From Eledone cirrhosa (taxonomy: Eukaryota), in the NCBI GenBank assembly GCA_964016885.1, contig OZ024740.1, positions 379,006,001-379,070,000 of the forward strand: DNA of 64,000 bases. Reading direction: 5' to 3'. The translations under genes and the position numbers were made by a program. Of the stretch, positions 1 through 14,455 are shown one piece after another. Every line of letters begins with the position of its first letter. The first letter of the stretch is position 1. The notes beneath the pieces are model-generated. The model was not told the origin of the DNA. It saw only the letters and a list, made by a program, of their open reading frames with translations, and made no database searches.

Positions 1-532
1 TTACGGTTGTTTTAAAGATGTATCGAAACCTGTTGTGTTAATCAATAACGTCTTGTATACAATTATCTACGTCAAAGAGAAAACTATTACTCACACTTAA
101 CTACTGTGTATTAACGTATGTGTTTACTCGTATGTAATAAACACCTACTTTTAACGGCCATCTGTGAAATACCCCAGTAAAGTATTGATCGTTCTCCTTG
201 TAGAAACTCAATTAAAAACTTATTACATGAAAGGTTAAACATGATCCCTAACGGTAATATTCAATTATTCAAAATATTTAAAGAATTGATTGCAGCAATA
301 AATGAATTATCTGATACTTATCATACTTAATGTATCAGTCATAATTTGTTTTAATTGTAATAATCTCACCAAAATAACGTTATCGATAATATAATTCAGC
401 GAATAGGAAGAATCGCAAACGATAAGGTGCTGGATAAATAGTTGTTTTATATTTCTGTAAATGATACATCAATGCTGGGAACGATTAAAACTTTCACCTC
501 TCCAATACCAATAAAGTAAGTAATAGTAATAT

Positions 533-697
533 AATTGTTTCTACTTTTGGCACAAGGCCAGCAATTACCCAGTGTATTACTGGTACTTTATTTATCGACC
601 CTGTAAGGATGAAAGGCAAAGTTAACCTCGGCGGGATTTGAACTCAGACCATAAAGGGCCGTAACTCTTTGCTGCAAAGCATGGCGTCCGACCCTCT
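533..697 (-). mobile_element. tRNA-derived SINE, family A (short subfamily)
   Basis: Reverse complement of the copies at 11057 and 61021: B-box GAGTTCAAATCC, central GCCTTTCATCCTTAC-GGGTCGATAAA block, tail GGCCTTGTGCC...GTAGAAACAATT. Confidence 0.9.
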
Positions 698-2302
698 GGT
701 TTCTAATTTGCGGTCAAATTATATAACGATGAAACTTACGTATTTGCGACAAAACATCTCTACAACACTCCTTATCTCTCAGACAGTCATAGACGATTTG
801 GTGCAAACAATGTTTTCAGCTGTTACTTTGCTAGAGGCTCAAAGTTAATTTCTTCTCCATCTCGTTGTTGTTTTTGATAACCTGCGAAACCCAGCTATTT
901 TCTCGACGTTCCGGCAAGACGCAATTGTGCTAAAATCATTTTTGTTTTGTTTTGAGAACACTTCAATTAACATTTTAAAAACATAACCCCTATTACTAAA
1001 TTTTCTTCAAATGTAGCTTTAAACATTCGACGAGTCGAGTTTGTATTCTTGATTGATTTTCATGTTGACGCTATATGTTTTAACGTTCATCACTAATATG
1101 ACTGATTTCACTTTTCCTGTAAAATTGTGTCCCAATATATGAAAATAATATAGGCTTATTTATTGCGTTTTAAAATGCCCCTTTCTTATGGAGTACATAA
1201 ACAATCAATAAATAGGGAGCCTCGGCAAAATCACTGGACCTATTAAAAATAATAGACAAATCTTTGTAAAATATAATAAAAATGCAAGGACGTACTGGAT
1301 AAAGTAATCTTAAATAGACCAATCCTAAAAGAACAGGATGGGCACGACTGGAATGTATTTGCGCATAGTTCTGTGTGATCATGGTTAATCTGAAGCTAAG
1401 CAACAAAACATTATGACAAAAAACTTTAGATGTTCATGCTTAAAAATACAACAAAACATCAACTGCAATGTAAAAGGCAAATAAAGATATTGTTGAAGAT
1501 GATGGTGGCTTCCTCATTAATAGGGTGGTGGTGGTGAAACAGTTGAATGAATTGGTTAATAGAGCTTGAGTACAATTTCCCAGAAAGAATTTCACAAAGT
1601 TATTGGTTCCTAAATTTTATTCTCTGTACACCATCTTACATACTTTTTATATTTGTGTAAGAAATTGGTGTCCAATATTGAAAGAATGTTACTTGGAATA
1701 GATTGTCATCTTATTCAATGGTAAATTTATCTCATCATCCTCTCTATGCTTTGAAATCAGAGTTAATCATCGATTCTTATGAACCCCACGGACCTTTAGA
1801 AACATTTACAGTATTTTCAAGTGAAACAAAGAGTCTGAATCGCGTTCAGACGACAAAGTGCACGCACATAAATCTTAAAATACAAAATCAATATTGTAAA
1901 TAAAGAAAATGAAATCAGTCGAGATGGGTTTACACTGTGGCAAAATGTTCATGTGACTAGAAAAAAACAAATGTTTTATGGTATAGTTTTGAGTATTAGA
2001 CGTTCTTATTTTACATTTTCCTTCACATCCAATATATTTCACTTATCAAAATATTATGAAACGTTTGTGCAGCGAACATAAATATACACATAAAGATATT
2101 TGTGCATATACAATAAGTGATATAGAATTCTTTCTAGACAGATCTCGTGATGTTTCTCGACACGCACACGCATATTCATGCATGCATGCATACATACATA
2201 CACACGTATGTATACATACACCCCTTGTAAGTGTGTATGTATGTATGTATGTATGTATGTATGTATGTATGTATGTATGTATGTATGTATGTATGTATGT
2301 AT

Positions 2303-2706
2303 GATGACTATTTAGCCTTTGTCAAAGCAGAATTCTAGGAGAAGGAAAACTCTGATATAACACCTGCAACTCTGTTGGTATCCAATGATGTTGACTTGTT
2401 CTTCTTTTTGGTAAATATCATCTTGGTTAAGAGAGTGGGACTGGCTTTGTGCAGTGCCTTTGCTCACTATAAAAGCTTCACGGCACAGGCATTGCTTTAT
2501 ATCTGGAGATCTCTCTGCACTTGTCGTCACATGGTACCATGGGCCCAGCACTATGTGTCAATAATTGTCACAAGTGTAGTGTTTGTACCAGAGTTTTCAA
2601 GTCGGTGGCTGGACTAAACAGTCACAATCGTTCAGCGCATCGGTAGGGGTTCTCCTACATGGATATAAAGTAGTGGCCGTACTCGAAAACGAGTTGGCAG
2701 CCACCA
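2303..2706 (+). mobile_element. Short RTE-type LINE remnant, probably internally deleted, within an (ATGT)n array
   Basis: The 3' part encodes a C2H2 finger (CSVCTRVFKSVAGLNSHNRSAH) followed by a short UTR and an (ATGT)n tail. The 5' part has CTAGGAGAAGGAAAACTCTGA, a motif I associate with RTE 5' UTRs. Confidence 0.55.
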
Positions 2707-2959
2707 TGTAGGTAGGTATGTATGTATGAATGCATGTATGCATGTATGTATGTTTGTATGTATGTATGTTTGTATATGTATGTATGTATGTATCTATGTA
2801 TGTATGTGTGTGTGTTTGTATGTATGTATGTGCTATGTGTTGCCAGACATTTAAGATAATCGAAATTATCGCATAAGCGGTAAAATCGACATATCAATAT
2901 TTTTCTAAAAGAACAAGAAAATGAAGACGTCTGTTTCACAAACATTCTATATGTATCTC

Positions 2960-3070
<111 letters not shown>

Positions 3071-4022
3071 CTCTTTCTTTCTCTTTCTGTCTCTCTCTAT
3101 ATATATGTATAGTTTTTATATTTTTATTTTAAAATGTTTCTTTTTAATTTTAACCCAGACGTTGTTATGTTCTGATAACCGTTATATGTTAATAAGAACA
3201 ACTAGAATACAATCCTGCAGTATACACAATCTCCAACAAATTTTGCTTGATTATTTCCCACAGTGTTAGTCATTGAATGTTTCTCAGAACAAAATATAAT
3301 TTTATTCATTAATCGTTTTTCTTATGTTCTTTCAACATTCCCATAGATGATGGAAACAGCTCCTGGAGACTTCCTATTTGTTTAATGTATTGCAATCATG
3401 TCAGACTTTTGGGGTCTATTTGTTGCCAAGTTATTTTATTGTTGTGTCGGTCTAGGTATGCTTTGCTTCGGCAGAGCAAACTTGTAATCATGTAATCAGA
3501 GGCTTTCTACCGATGACCAACTTTTTAACTAAATGATATATTCTCGAAACCTGCTTCAAAAAAACAAAAAACAAAAAAAAAACGTAACAAACAAACAAAA
3601 AAACAACAAAAAATAACAAACAAACAAAAAGCACAAAACAAAAGGATTCATTTCATTTTCCAATGCTGCGTTTGGGTTGTAAATGAGACTCGCACGAGAC
3701 TAAAACATTGAGAAACTTGAAATCTGAAATGGTGGCGTCCCCATGCAAATGACCATAACACTAGCCACCCAAATTTAAATAATACTTGAGAAAATCGGGT
3801 AGAGTACTCCTGGAAACGGGAAAGAAACGTTTGTAAGGAATCGAACCTCTCAGCTCTCGGATGCTGGGCAAGTGCGGCTCGTTAGCGTTGTCAAACGTTG
3901 CATTCCAAATAACCATACAACATTTAAAATCTATTTTTCTTTAATAATTGAGTTTTACAAATAAGAAATATAAGAGGATTTTAAAAATCGAACAAAAATA
4001 TTTTTCATTTCTAATTAATTAT

Positions 4023-4870
4023 TTAACAGGCTAAAGAAAATGTTACATAGAATTCCAGGGTAGTGTAATTAATTTTATTCTGATGAAGACTGCTGTCAAT
4101 GGGAAACCTGTGATTGCTTTTTTTCGCCAATTTTTTGGTACGCAGACAATTGCATGAAAGGTCATAACACAGGTCGTTTTTAATTTCAAATCTATTTCGA
4201 TTCTTTGTTTTCATTTGCGACAGAACAGAAAAACCTGACACTGAAAGATGTGTTGAACCAGATAGAAGCAATACATCTGTCACTATTAGGAATCAATGGC
4301 AGGGATTCTGCGATTGATTTCTCATCTGTCATATTCCATGCCCTTAGATTTTTCTTACGTAACACAAATTCATTTTGACAATCACTAAATCTGATGTCAC
4401 TGACGATTTAAAGGATTTTCCTGCGCTTCTTAACGTAATTCAGTAAAATTTGTCTGACTATTTTCTAGTGCTGTCAGATTTTAGAAACGGTCGTCACTGC
4501 TAGCAACAGGAATTAATGACAATTTCTCAAACATTGAACATTTGTTATACTGACATTTCTTCATCAACGGTTTAGCTTGTCTGTGAAATCGTTAAAAAAA
4601 TTAATGCATTTTTTGATTGTATTCTTTCCTTGCATTCGATGATTCAGTTTATTCAAATAGTCAAGGCACGCGATTCATTCCTCTTCATTTAACTATGAAA
4701 AAATTACATCCTCCTCTGAAGAAAAAATAATTTGAGCTCATCTCTATGTTTAAACGATCTATGCTTTAACTCATATATGTCCACGTTTAAATCCATCGAA
4801 CGTTTCTGATAAAAAGAAGCAAATGATGGCCTGCATCCAATGCCAATACATGAATAATTGAAACGTTATG
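4023..4870 (-). pseudogene. Decayed hAT (Charlie/Buster-type) transposase, C-terminal part
   Basis: ORF 4023-4283 (LLLSGSTHLSVSGFSVLSQMKTKNRNRFEIKNDL) matches the hAT dimerisation-domain pattern STYLCESGFS..MKTK.RNRL. Upstream fragments read RDELKLFF and MFEKL. Many stops. Confidence 0.7.
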
Positions 4871-5623
4871 AGATGAGTTCAGTGCTCTTTCTTTTCCAAT
4901 ATTCCTTATTTGAATGTTTATAATCCCAATGGAGCTGGAAGTGCTTTAAAGTCCAGTAACAGATGATCGGTCATACAATAAAGCATTTCAATTTTATAGT
5001 TCGCTTTTCACAAAATCATGAAATCCAAATTTTATTCCCAGCATAACTGGTTCTTTAGATATCCATCTTTCACAGACATTATCCCACAAAATGTTTCTGA
5101 TACTTTGAAAGATATTTTTCAAAATCTTTTAAAACCTTCATAGTTCTTTTAAAAGGAAAATAAACTACTCTTTAAACTAGTCTGTGTGAATATATCTTGC
5201 AAACTCTAACAAGTAAGAACAAGATGACGCAGCATTCGATAAATAAAGTTGAATTGACATAAAGTTAGATACTGTAGACATAAAATCCTGTGTAATTTAA
5301 TCATTGATACTAATGGCCATGTCACCAAACCATCTTTGAATAGTGATGTTTTATAGTAAAACATATGCGGGTTTTTCCAATCCATTCCCAAATAAAATAC
5401 TCATATTTTTAGAACAGATGGCTTGATTAATGTTTCCTCAATTGTATATAAATTTATTATCCTTTGATCTCCAGTGTTATGACATAAGAAACTTCAATAA
5501 CGCTTTTGTCTATTTCTTAGAATGCCAATGTCGAACATAGATTCATAGATTTGAGAGAATTCTTATGAAGTGCTGTTCTTGTGTTCAGGATCAGTAAATG
5601 CTATTTCAACTTTGTTAGTTTTA

Positions 5624-5715
5624 TACGAGGATCGGCTGAAAAGTTCATAGACTGTAAAGTTCATAGAGTGACCAAGATACCAAATGATGTTTATTTTTCA
5701 ATATACTCCCTGGAA
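5624..5715. mobile_element. Isolated mariner-type terminal fragment
   Basis: TACGAGGATCGGCTGAAAAGTTC resembles a mariner TIR starting after TA; no partner TIR seen. Confidence 0.45.
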
Positions 5716-5769
5716 AGAAACAATATAGTTATAGGAAGAATGAAATTAATGCATGCACGATATCGCAGC

Positions 5770-6776
5770 CCATCAAAAGGGGACGCAAATCGCTTATTAG
5801 TGGCTGTTCATTTTATGACTTCAAATCTGGCCTAAGCACAGCAGCATTGAGGCATCGCATTAGTAATGCATTTGGGTTACACACCATGTCTGAACTCAGT
5901 GCCAGGGACTGATTCGTACGCTTCCGTTTCAGCGATTATAACCTTAATGATTGACTTCGCGCAGGATGTCCATCAAACTTGAATGATGTCAACTCTCCGA
6001 AGTGCGTAGGGCATGGAAAACAACCACACTCAATCCCTTGTATGCAATAGGGAAGGTGTCACATTTGGACCAAAGGGTACCCTACAATCTGACTGACCGT
6101 AATCTTAAACGTTGGGTGACGTCTCTGCTTTCCTACAATTACAAAACTAACTGGTTACGTTCCATTGTCTCTGGTGTTGAAAAATGGTGTCTCTATATTA
6201 ATGTCAAGTACGCCACAAAGGCAGCAAAAGCTGCCCTCCGCCATTACAAATCTCTTCTGAGGGTCTGATGGGACTGGTAAGGTGTCATCCACTACGAGCT
6301 GCTCGAATACCAGCATAACCTCTGACATCTATTGCCAACAACTTAACAGATTAGCGGCGAAAATTGCACAGGTGCATCCACACCATAGTCCTGTTCGATT
6401 CCTTCATGATAACGGTAAAGCCGCATACATCAAGGATGGCCCATGAGAAGCTGCTGGAGCTAGGTTGGGATGTTCTGCCCCACCACCGTATTCGGCCAAC
6501 CTCGTGCATACAGACTATCATCTTTTTCTTGCAATGAGCAATGCAATGCAGCCAAAGACCTTCGCCATTGAAGACTAATTAAATCAGTGATTGACAGAAT
6601 TCTTTGCATCGAAGCCAGAAGAATTTTACAGGGATGGAATCTCCTGCCTTCCTAAACGATGGCAAACGGTAATCACAAATGATGGCGATTATTTTGACTT
6701 GTAAAATGTTCCTGATTTTCAAAAATGCCTAAGTCTAACCTTTGAAAAACCATGAGAACTTTCTGTCCAACTTATT
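5770..6776 (+). mobile_element. Mariner (Tc1/mariner) transposon relic with pseudogenised transposase
   Basis: Frameshifted peptides resemble mariner motifs: RVPYNLT (WVPHEL), IVSGVEKWCLY (TGDEKW), FLHDNG (HDNA), YSANLVHTDYHLF (YSPDLAPSDYHLF), LPKRWQTVITNDGDYFD. A right-TIR-like end GAACTTTCTGTCCAACTTATT lies at about 6756-6776. Confidence 0.9.
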
Positions 6777-9700
6777 CAAATGGAATATATCTAAAAAGAA
6801 AAAAAAGTCTTTATTGAAATTTTCAATTTAATCTATGACATTCACTATGATGTGAATGTCAGAGCATAATTTAGAAACAAGCCATGTTTCTGCAAAGTCT
6901 ACATAAGCTTCAGGCCAACATGCATTTTTGAATATTAATCTCAACTTACCCCGAACATAAGAATTCCCACTTGTTGAGAACCCCTGATATGATATATTTA
7001 TTGATTATAAAACCAATTTCAATTAATTATTAATCTTATATGTTCATTTATTGGAAACCAAATTTCCAAACATCAGATATTTCGATCTTATGACACATTA
7101 AAGAGGTGGTGATATGCACCAAATGACCTGTTTGTATAGTTAATCAATTTAACTTCACATTAAAAAAAGGAAGTATTAGAAACAATCAAGTCATTCATTC
7201 TTTGTACTTTGCTACACTTTCGTACTTTCATTTGCTGAGACGCATATAGACAGAGAATGTAATCCCACATAACTGCATACGCTTATGGAAAAATACAAAT
7301 TTATATTATAATGATCGTGCTGAATAAATGCAGCAGCCAAATAAGAAATAAAAAATAAAATATACGAGTAAAGCCTATACTTTTAGCTGCCTACTTTATT
7401 ATCTCCAGAAGAGAATCTCTTTATGTTAAACTAAAAGGATAATTGCAGAATTCATGAATGTTAAAATGAATCAAAATTTCGTTTATGTTTTTTTATTTTT
7501 AAAATACTGATAGAATGTTTTTTCTTGAGATTCAATTAGATAATTTCTTATAGAGTGGTGTATAGAAAGCTGGATAAATCATACCAAGTACAGATTAATC
7601 AATATATTACATAATATTAAAAAACATATAGTCATACAGTTATCTTGATTTTTTTTAGTTAGTAGGCCGTCTGTTATTCAATTGAATAAGCGTCAGTAAT
7701 ATGAGCCATAGATAGATAGATAGATATCAAGATATTATTTGCTTTGATTTCATGTCGTTTTCTTTTTAAAGTTCAAGTAGAAGCTAGCATTGATGGAGTC
7801 TAGTTTTGGTTTCATAAAAGAATCCTTATCGGCTCTGATATATTCCAATATAAACGATATTCTATTTACAAGTAAGCCTCTTATAGAATCACTTCTGAGA
7901 ACTGAAAGTGCTTCAATTTTTACAACAACGCACTGAGAAAAATTACAGAATGTACAAAATATTGATTTTTTACATAGAATGTGCGATATATTGAAAACTA
8001 ATCTTATTGGTCCAGTTGCTGATAACGTAGTTTCTCTCTCTCTCGTTCCTCTCTTTTTTTTGTATGCTAAATTTCTTGACGACGATGAAGCATGATAATA
8101 TTTACCTATAAGTTGTTAAATAATATTCTTGCTGATTATTACAGAAGAAATTATGATAAATAAGGATAATCCTTTCATCGGTATTAATGGATTTACAATC
8201 GGTCTCGACGATGAGTATTCAATTATTCAAAGTAATGAAATTCCACTCGAGAAATTAACGTGTAATATTCCACAGACTCATGTACCCTTAGCGCAGAACC
8301 AGCGCGATGAATCAATGTTATAAGTCTAGCCGGTTGGATTACAGATACAATCCAGAGGGAGAAAAGAATCGACTCCGATACTGGTGCGTTACCTTATTTA
8401 TGGACCCCGAAAGGATAAAAGGCAAGATTCAGTGATGAGCTGTAACGAATACCACAAGGGATTCTATCCAACGCTCTGAAAACTTTGCGAATTCGTTGCC
8501 TTTTCGCAGGAATGAATGAAAAAGAATAAAGTAACGGACTTCAACTGAAAAGTTTCGTTTTCAACATTTATTATTATTAGCAAAATTATATCGGACTTCT
8601 TGCCGTAATTGGATGGGAACAAGAACATTATTGGAAATTATTTTTTCGACTCCAGCTGAATAACAGATAAGTTTAATGGAATTTGCATTATATTTAGTCC
8701 AGCGTTCTAATGTCTCTATGATTTTCAGTCCCAATTTAATAAAACAGATTTATTTTAGTACAAGTTCAACTTTACGATATCACCGAGGTAGTCGACAGAA
8801 CAGACACTGGAATATTACTGGCACTTATTTTATCGACACTATAAGCAAAAATGTATCTGAACCGACATGATTTTCAATTAGAGCCGAATGTGACAAAGAT
8901 TTATACTATAATGCATTTAATACATGTTCCACTGCCACAACCGTTTGTACAGCCTTTTAACAATTATTGAATAAATAATTTTATAATCTTCATAATATAA
9001 TCATTTACCGTTGCTATAGGGTATTTATGGCTTTTCTAAAGCATGTCTTTGTAAAAGTAGTTCATTACATAATTGAATGAATTAAAAGAATACCTCTCAG
9101 ATAAATTATCTCTATTTATTTCCTTTAAGCCTTGAGAAAAGATTAAAGCGCCTTTCTGACTCCAACATTCTAACGTTTTAAGCAATTAGAAAATGAAGTG
9201 ATTAATTTTACATTTCTTATCGCTGGTTCTTTTCTTTAGTCCTTAAGCTTTTGGATTATTGTTGCAGTGTTATGTATTTCAAGATTTTGCATGCATTACC
9301 ATCGTTTGAATAGATTGCTGTCTGATTTGAAGCGGCGAGCAATAAAGAACAAAAGACTTTTTATTTGAAATGATGTAATAGTGTTACTTTACTTCAAATA
9401 ACGAGGAAATGGTTCTTTTATTCTCATAAATTAATTAAATAAAAAGCTAAAAACTATATTATTACTATAACAGGATGCATTAAACGCCACAAGATTTATT
9501 TTATAGTATCTCGTAAACGAAATCTAGCCACAAGCAAACGACTGAAACCTGATAAGTCAACAAATAGCAATAAATCAATTTGAAAAAAAGCCATGCTAAA
9601 GTCGATTATAGGTTTGGAACTACGTTGGCGCATTTAATGGAAATGTTTGTAACACTTCGGTGAGATTATTATTGAAGAAATCGTTGATAGTTATGTCCTA

Positions 9701-11056
9701 ACTAATATCAATGCTGACAATAAAACAGCAACAACAGCACGAACAACAAAATAATATAATGTGTAATAATTCTGTCATCAAGATTAACCACAGTAATAAA
9801 AAATAAATTTGAAACAAATTCTAGAAATTTGAGAGTTACTTCTTCTATTACCCTCAGGGAAAAAAGCATTCTGCAAACAAAACATAGTAACATTATTTTA
9901 ATTAGTTTGTAACTTGAGAAGAGACAATTCTGTGCATTATAAATTTAAACATTTAAAACATTTCTAAGAACAAAAATCCCAGTGTCTCAATCTTTGTAAA
10001 CATTTGAAACTACTCGGATAACAAATCTACTAAATTAAGATACAATGAAACACTGTCAGTGTAATTCTAGATAACGAACGTTGAAAATATTGATGTGCTA
10101 AATAGAATAACTAAATAAAAATACTATTCAGATTGATAAAATGATAATATATTATAGACGAACAGAGGATGTATAATTCATAGCTAAAAATAATATATAA
10201 CTAAAAGTAATAGTACGTACTAGCCTTCGGGAAGGCTTGTAGTCTGAGATGTTGTTTCTTGTTCAAAGAAAAGATAATCTGATGGCCTCGACAAATGCGT
10301 TTGCACTAAGTTAACATGCCTGTAAATCACTATTTACTTGTCATTATCTTTACTTTGAGGTGTTGGAGTACACTAAAAACAAAACAACAACAAAAACAAA
10401 AACAATTTGCTAAAAAATAACAACGAAAGAACGGAGAGGTTGAAATATTAGATGTCCATCTTAATGTGAAACAAGACATACAATAAAGTATGTTTGTTGC
10501 CAAGTACTTCCTCCTTCGGAATCCATATCTAAACAACACAATTAAGTGTGTCACTTGCAGCACGTCTGATGAGAAAGCACTCTGCCTGTAACTCGTAAAG
10601 TGATCTGTTGATAATAGTAGAAAAAAGAAGCGTTAAAAAGATGTTGAAACATTCAAATAATCTAATAGAAAAGCATTTCAAATTTAACATTGTATAATAC
10701 TATCACAGAGATCAGTATATGTCTGCATAATCAGTATAATACTATCTCAGAGATCAGTATATGTTTGCATAATCAGTATAGAGTAGTAATTGTTTGATGT
10801 TCATTGGTAAAGAGAAAGCAATATGTTACTAATAAGACACGTTATTGGAGAATTTCTGTTTGTAAATGGAGCATTAACAGATAAAACATACCATGGCATA
10901 GAGGGATTCACGAGAAAGCTTCAGTTTCATGTAAATAGTTTTGGTTGAGATTCATAGAAATATAAAGTTTCATCAAAATAATCGATGCTTTGGAATATTA
11001 AACAGGCCTAAAACAATCTATCAAGTAAGTATGCCACGTTAATATTTGTAGATGTT

Positions 11057-11242
11057 GGGCAGTGGATTGTCAGTATCGGTAGAGGGTCGGACGCCATGCT
11101 TTCCAGCATAGTTACGTCCCTTTACGATCTGAGTTCAAATCCCGCCGAGGTTGACTTTGCCTTTCATCCTTACGGGGTCGATAAAATAAAAGTACCAGTA
11201 ATGCACTGGGTAATTGCTGGCCTTGTGCCTAAAGTAGAAACA
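11057..11242 (+). mobile_element. SINE family A, full-length young copy
   Basis: tRNA-like head with B-box; perfect 19-bp TSD GTTAATATTTGTAGATGTT at 11038-11056 and 11243-11261. Confidence 0.95.
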
Positions 11243-13453
11243 GTTAATATTTGTAGATGTTTTTGATTAGACACACATCAACCCTCACCAGGCAGACACA
11301 TGATGGATGTCATTGTAGTTGTAACCATATCGTCCTTGAGTATGTAGGAGAGCATTATATAATCTATCTTTCCCTAGTTTAAGACGGTAAGGTATGATTC
11401 GGTCTGTTTTTAATATTTCTGACAAATCGAGTGAAATCACAGGAGCTCCGTCACAGTGATTGCTTGACCACAATTTCGAGCAGACCTCAAAGGCATTCCG
11501 GCAATGACTAACTCATCTTTTTCTATGTGCAGATATCCCAGGATCGCATTATCCAATATGTGATTTTGTAACATGTTAGGGTGTTATTTGAGAAAGATTT
11601 GGGGGTGTTATTTATAGCGGGCAGAGGATCTCTAAGAGGCTTGCTTGTCGACTTATCTCCATGATAGTATTACACGATGGTGAGTTTGAATTGGTAAAAA
11701 ATTATTTGAATACTTCAAATAGTCCAAATGAATGAACATGCTTTATGTTTTACAATTGTAGAAGTAATGGAAGACTAAGATGTTTTTAAAAGTTGTTGAC
11801 ACTCTTTTAAAACGAATTCTAAGATTTCATTTGACTAGTATGAAGACAATTTATATCTACAGTTTAACAACTAAAATCAACACTAGCTAGGTTTCAACGT
11901 ATGAACTAAATATATGTAATATTACAAAATGTAGGTACAAAGTTATGAGTCTGTAGATTTTACTTGCCCAGTAGTTTCTATTTTTACCCGTGACATACGG
12001 CGTTCAGGGGGCTCTAATACCTGGCGGAGCCCATCTCATTTCCTTATCAGAACACAGGCGATTTCTTCCAGAGAAGGAAAGAGAGATAGATAGTAGAAAT
12101 GTGAGAAAGACAAACAAGGGTTAAGAGAAGGGGAGAGGCAGAGGGGGAATAGAGCGATAGAGGGAGAAAGTGATAGAGAGGAAGTGAAAAAGAATCGACT
12201 CTCACACAGTATTTGTAAATTTTTATCCATCTCGAAAGGACGAAACGCAAAGTTGAACTCTTTAATAACTACGATTATTCACCAGTCATGGACTGGTACG
12301 TTAGTTGTTGCCCTGAAAGAATGAAAGGCAAAACTGAAATCAAACCTCATAGAGCCGGAATAATTGTCAAAGCATTTAATCTGACGATCTAAGGGACACA
12401 ATTAAACACATTTCATTTATACAACTGTCTGACAAATATTGAAAGAAAATCCAATTATACCAGATATTTTAAAATTGATTGAATCAATCGCTTTTGTAAC
12501 GTACAGTCTAGAAATAATTGAAACATTTATGTCTAATGCAGGCCAGAATTATGTTTCTCCATTTAAATCATTTTATATTCAGTTTATGAACATTCTTGGT
12601 TATGTACGAACGGTTGCCATTTTTCCATCATCTGTCATCAAAGATATTTATTCGTGTTTAAGATATCCATATTTATCGACTTTGAAATCACAGAAGAAAA
12701 TTTGTTTGAAAACTGTTTAAATATTTACAGTTTATATATTTATAAATCAATATCAAAAAATCATTTAAATTATCAATAATTATGTTGCAATGCTAATAAG
12801 AAACTGTATAAATACTTCAAACATAGTTGCATGCTGAAACCAATAGGAAATTGTAATTTTTCTCCACTTCTCAGCAATTTTGTTTCACAGTAATGAACTA
12901 GAGTTGTTAAATAGTGGTCTACATTATATTATATCTCATGTGTACCATACATAACTACAGTATGGACAGTTGGTCATAATATAAGAGGATAAAACTCTAT
13001 ACACTTGGGCCACATTTGTGTTGTTGAATAACTATATTTTCTGAACTAGTAATAGAATTATCCTAAATTGGCGTCACACAGTGATATTACAACTAAACAA
13101 ACCATTCTGTTATAAGAAAGAAATTCTAAAAATAAAAACTTGAATCGGCATTCAACAATTATATGAAAACTCTATATTATTTTTGTTTACAACTTAATTA
13201 GTGGGGCTCCTTTAATTATTTGTTTGTTTCGTCTGGAACTATTGAAGTTGCGCTGACCGCCTCATTAGTGTCATGATATTTACTTTGCGTTACTTCAGTT
13301 TTCTTTATGTTTGGTCTGATAAACTAGAAATATAAATCCAACAATTATTGATATCTTTAAATACAAGTGGTTGCTTTCAAGAACATCTATGATATATTGG
13401 TTTTACTTATTATGAATTTTTGCTTTTCATTTCAATATCAATATATACATAGT

Positions 13454-13740
13454 GAAGGCACGTGAATGAGTAGTTAGAGCGTTCAGCTCATAATCGTAAG
13501 GTCGTGAGTTCGATTTCCGGATCGGGTGGTAATTTATTTCACGCTGCTCCAGTCTAAAGGGTAGAAAAAACGAGTTGTTTCTGTTATCCCAAAGGGTGAG
13601 CCGTGTTACACACTGTGTCATGCTGGATCTACCCGAAAACTACGTTAATAGTGAACATGTATGGTGAACGTTTAGTCACTTGCACGTTAACATTACGAGC
13701 ATGCCTTTTCGTTCTTCGAACAACTGGAACATTCATCAGA
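13454..13740 (+). mobile_element. tRNA-derived SINE, family B
   Basis: tRNA-like head (GTTAGAGCGTTCAG...GAGTTCGATTTCC). The body TGTTACACAC-GTGTCA...CTACGTT recurs at about 60920-61400. Confidence 0.7.
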
Positions 13741-14375
13741 AACTGCGGCATATAACATATAATACATTAGAAATAATAACTTTGATATGGAATAAATAAA
13801 CTACTCGTGACTACACTAACTTAGAGATTATTACAATTTTATTATCATGAAATTCTTTCGGATGCAAACTCACTTTTTTATTACCAGTGATACTTATCTT
13901 CTCTTGTCTTTTGTTACTTAATTATTCTGAATTAAAAACTCAATCATTTGGTGTTCTAAAATCAATTATTAGCAGCATTTTAGGAACAATTGTTTAGAAT
14001 ATTATATATTTAATTACTTAAAGTATCCCCTTGATAGGTAAATTAATTTTAAAATAATGTTTCATAATTTAGTGTGATGTTAGGAAAACCATTGAAGCGT
14101 TTAACTTCCAATAATAAGAGTTAAAGGAAATAGTTCCTTGTTGCATCGTGTTTAAACGTTAGGTGATTTATGTGTAGAACTGTAAAATATTGGTACTGTC
14201 TATAGCTATATATATTCCCACCAGTTTACAACGGTGATATGCGCTAACCGTGAAACATATGTACTGTCTGATTAATTCAAACTTAATTCTTTTGACCAGG
14301 ACTCACAGCTAGTAACGGGATAAGAAACTAATTTCGGCAAGCAAAAGTAGAACCAATTACACACACACACACACA

Positions 14376-14455
<80 letters not shown>

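Noticed and set aside
1-1750. Decayed coding sequence (hAT N-terminus or host exon)
   Set aside because: Protein-like fragments with stops but no motif I can assign confidently.
11057-11145. tRNA gene
   Set aside because: The A/B boxes belong to SINE heads; there is no closed cloverleaf and the sequence continues into the SINE body.
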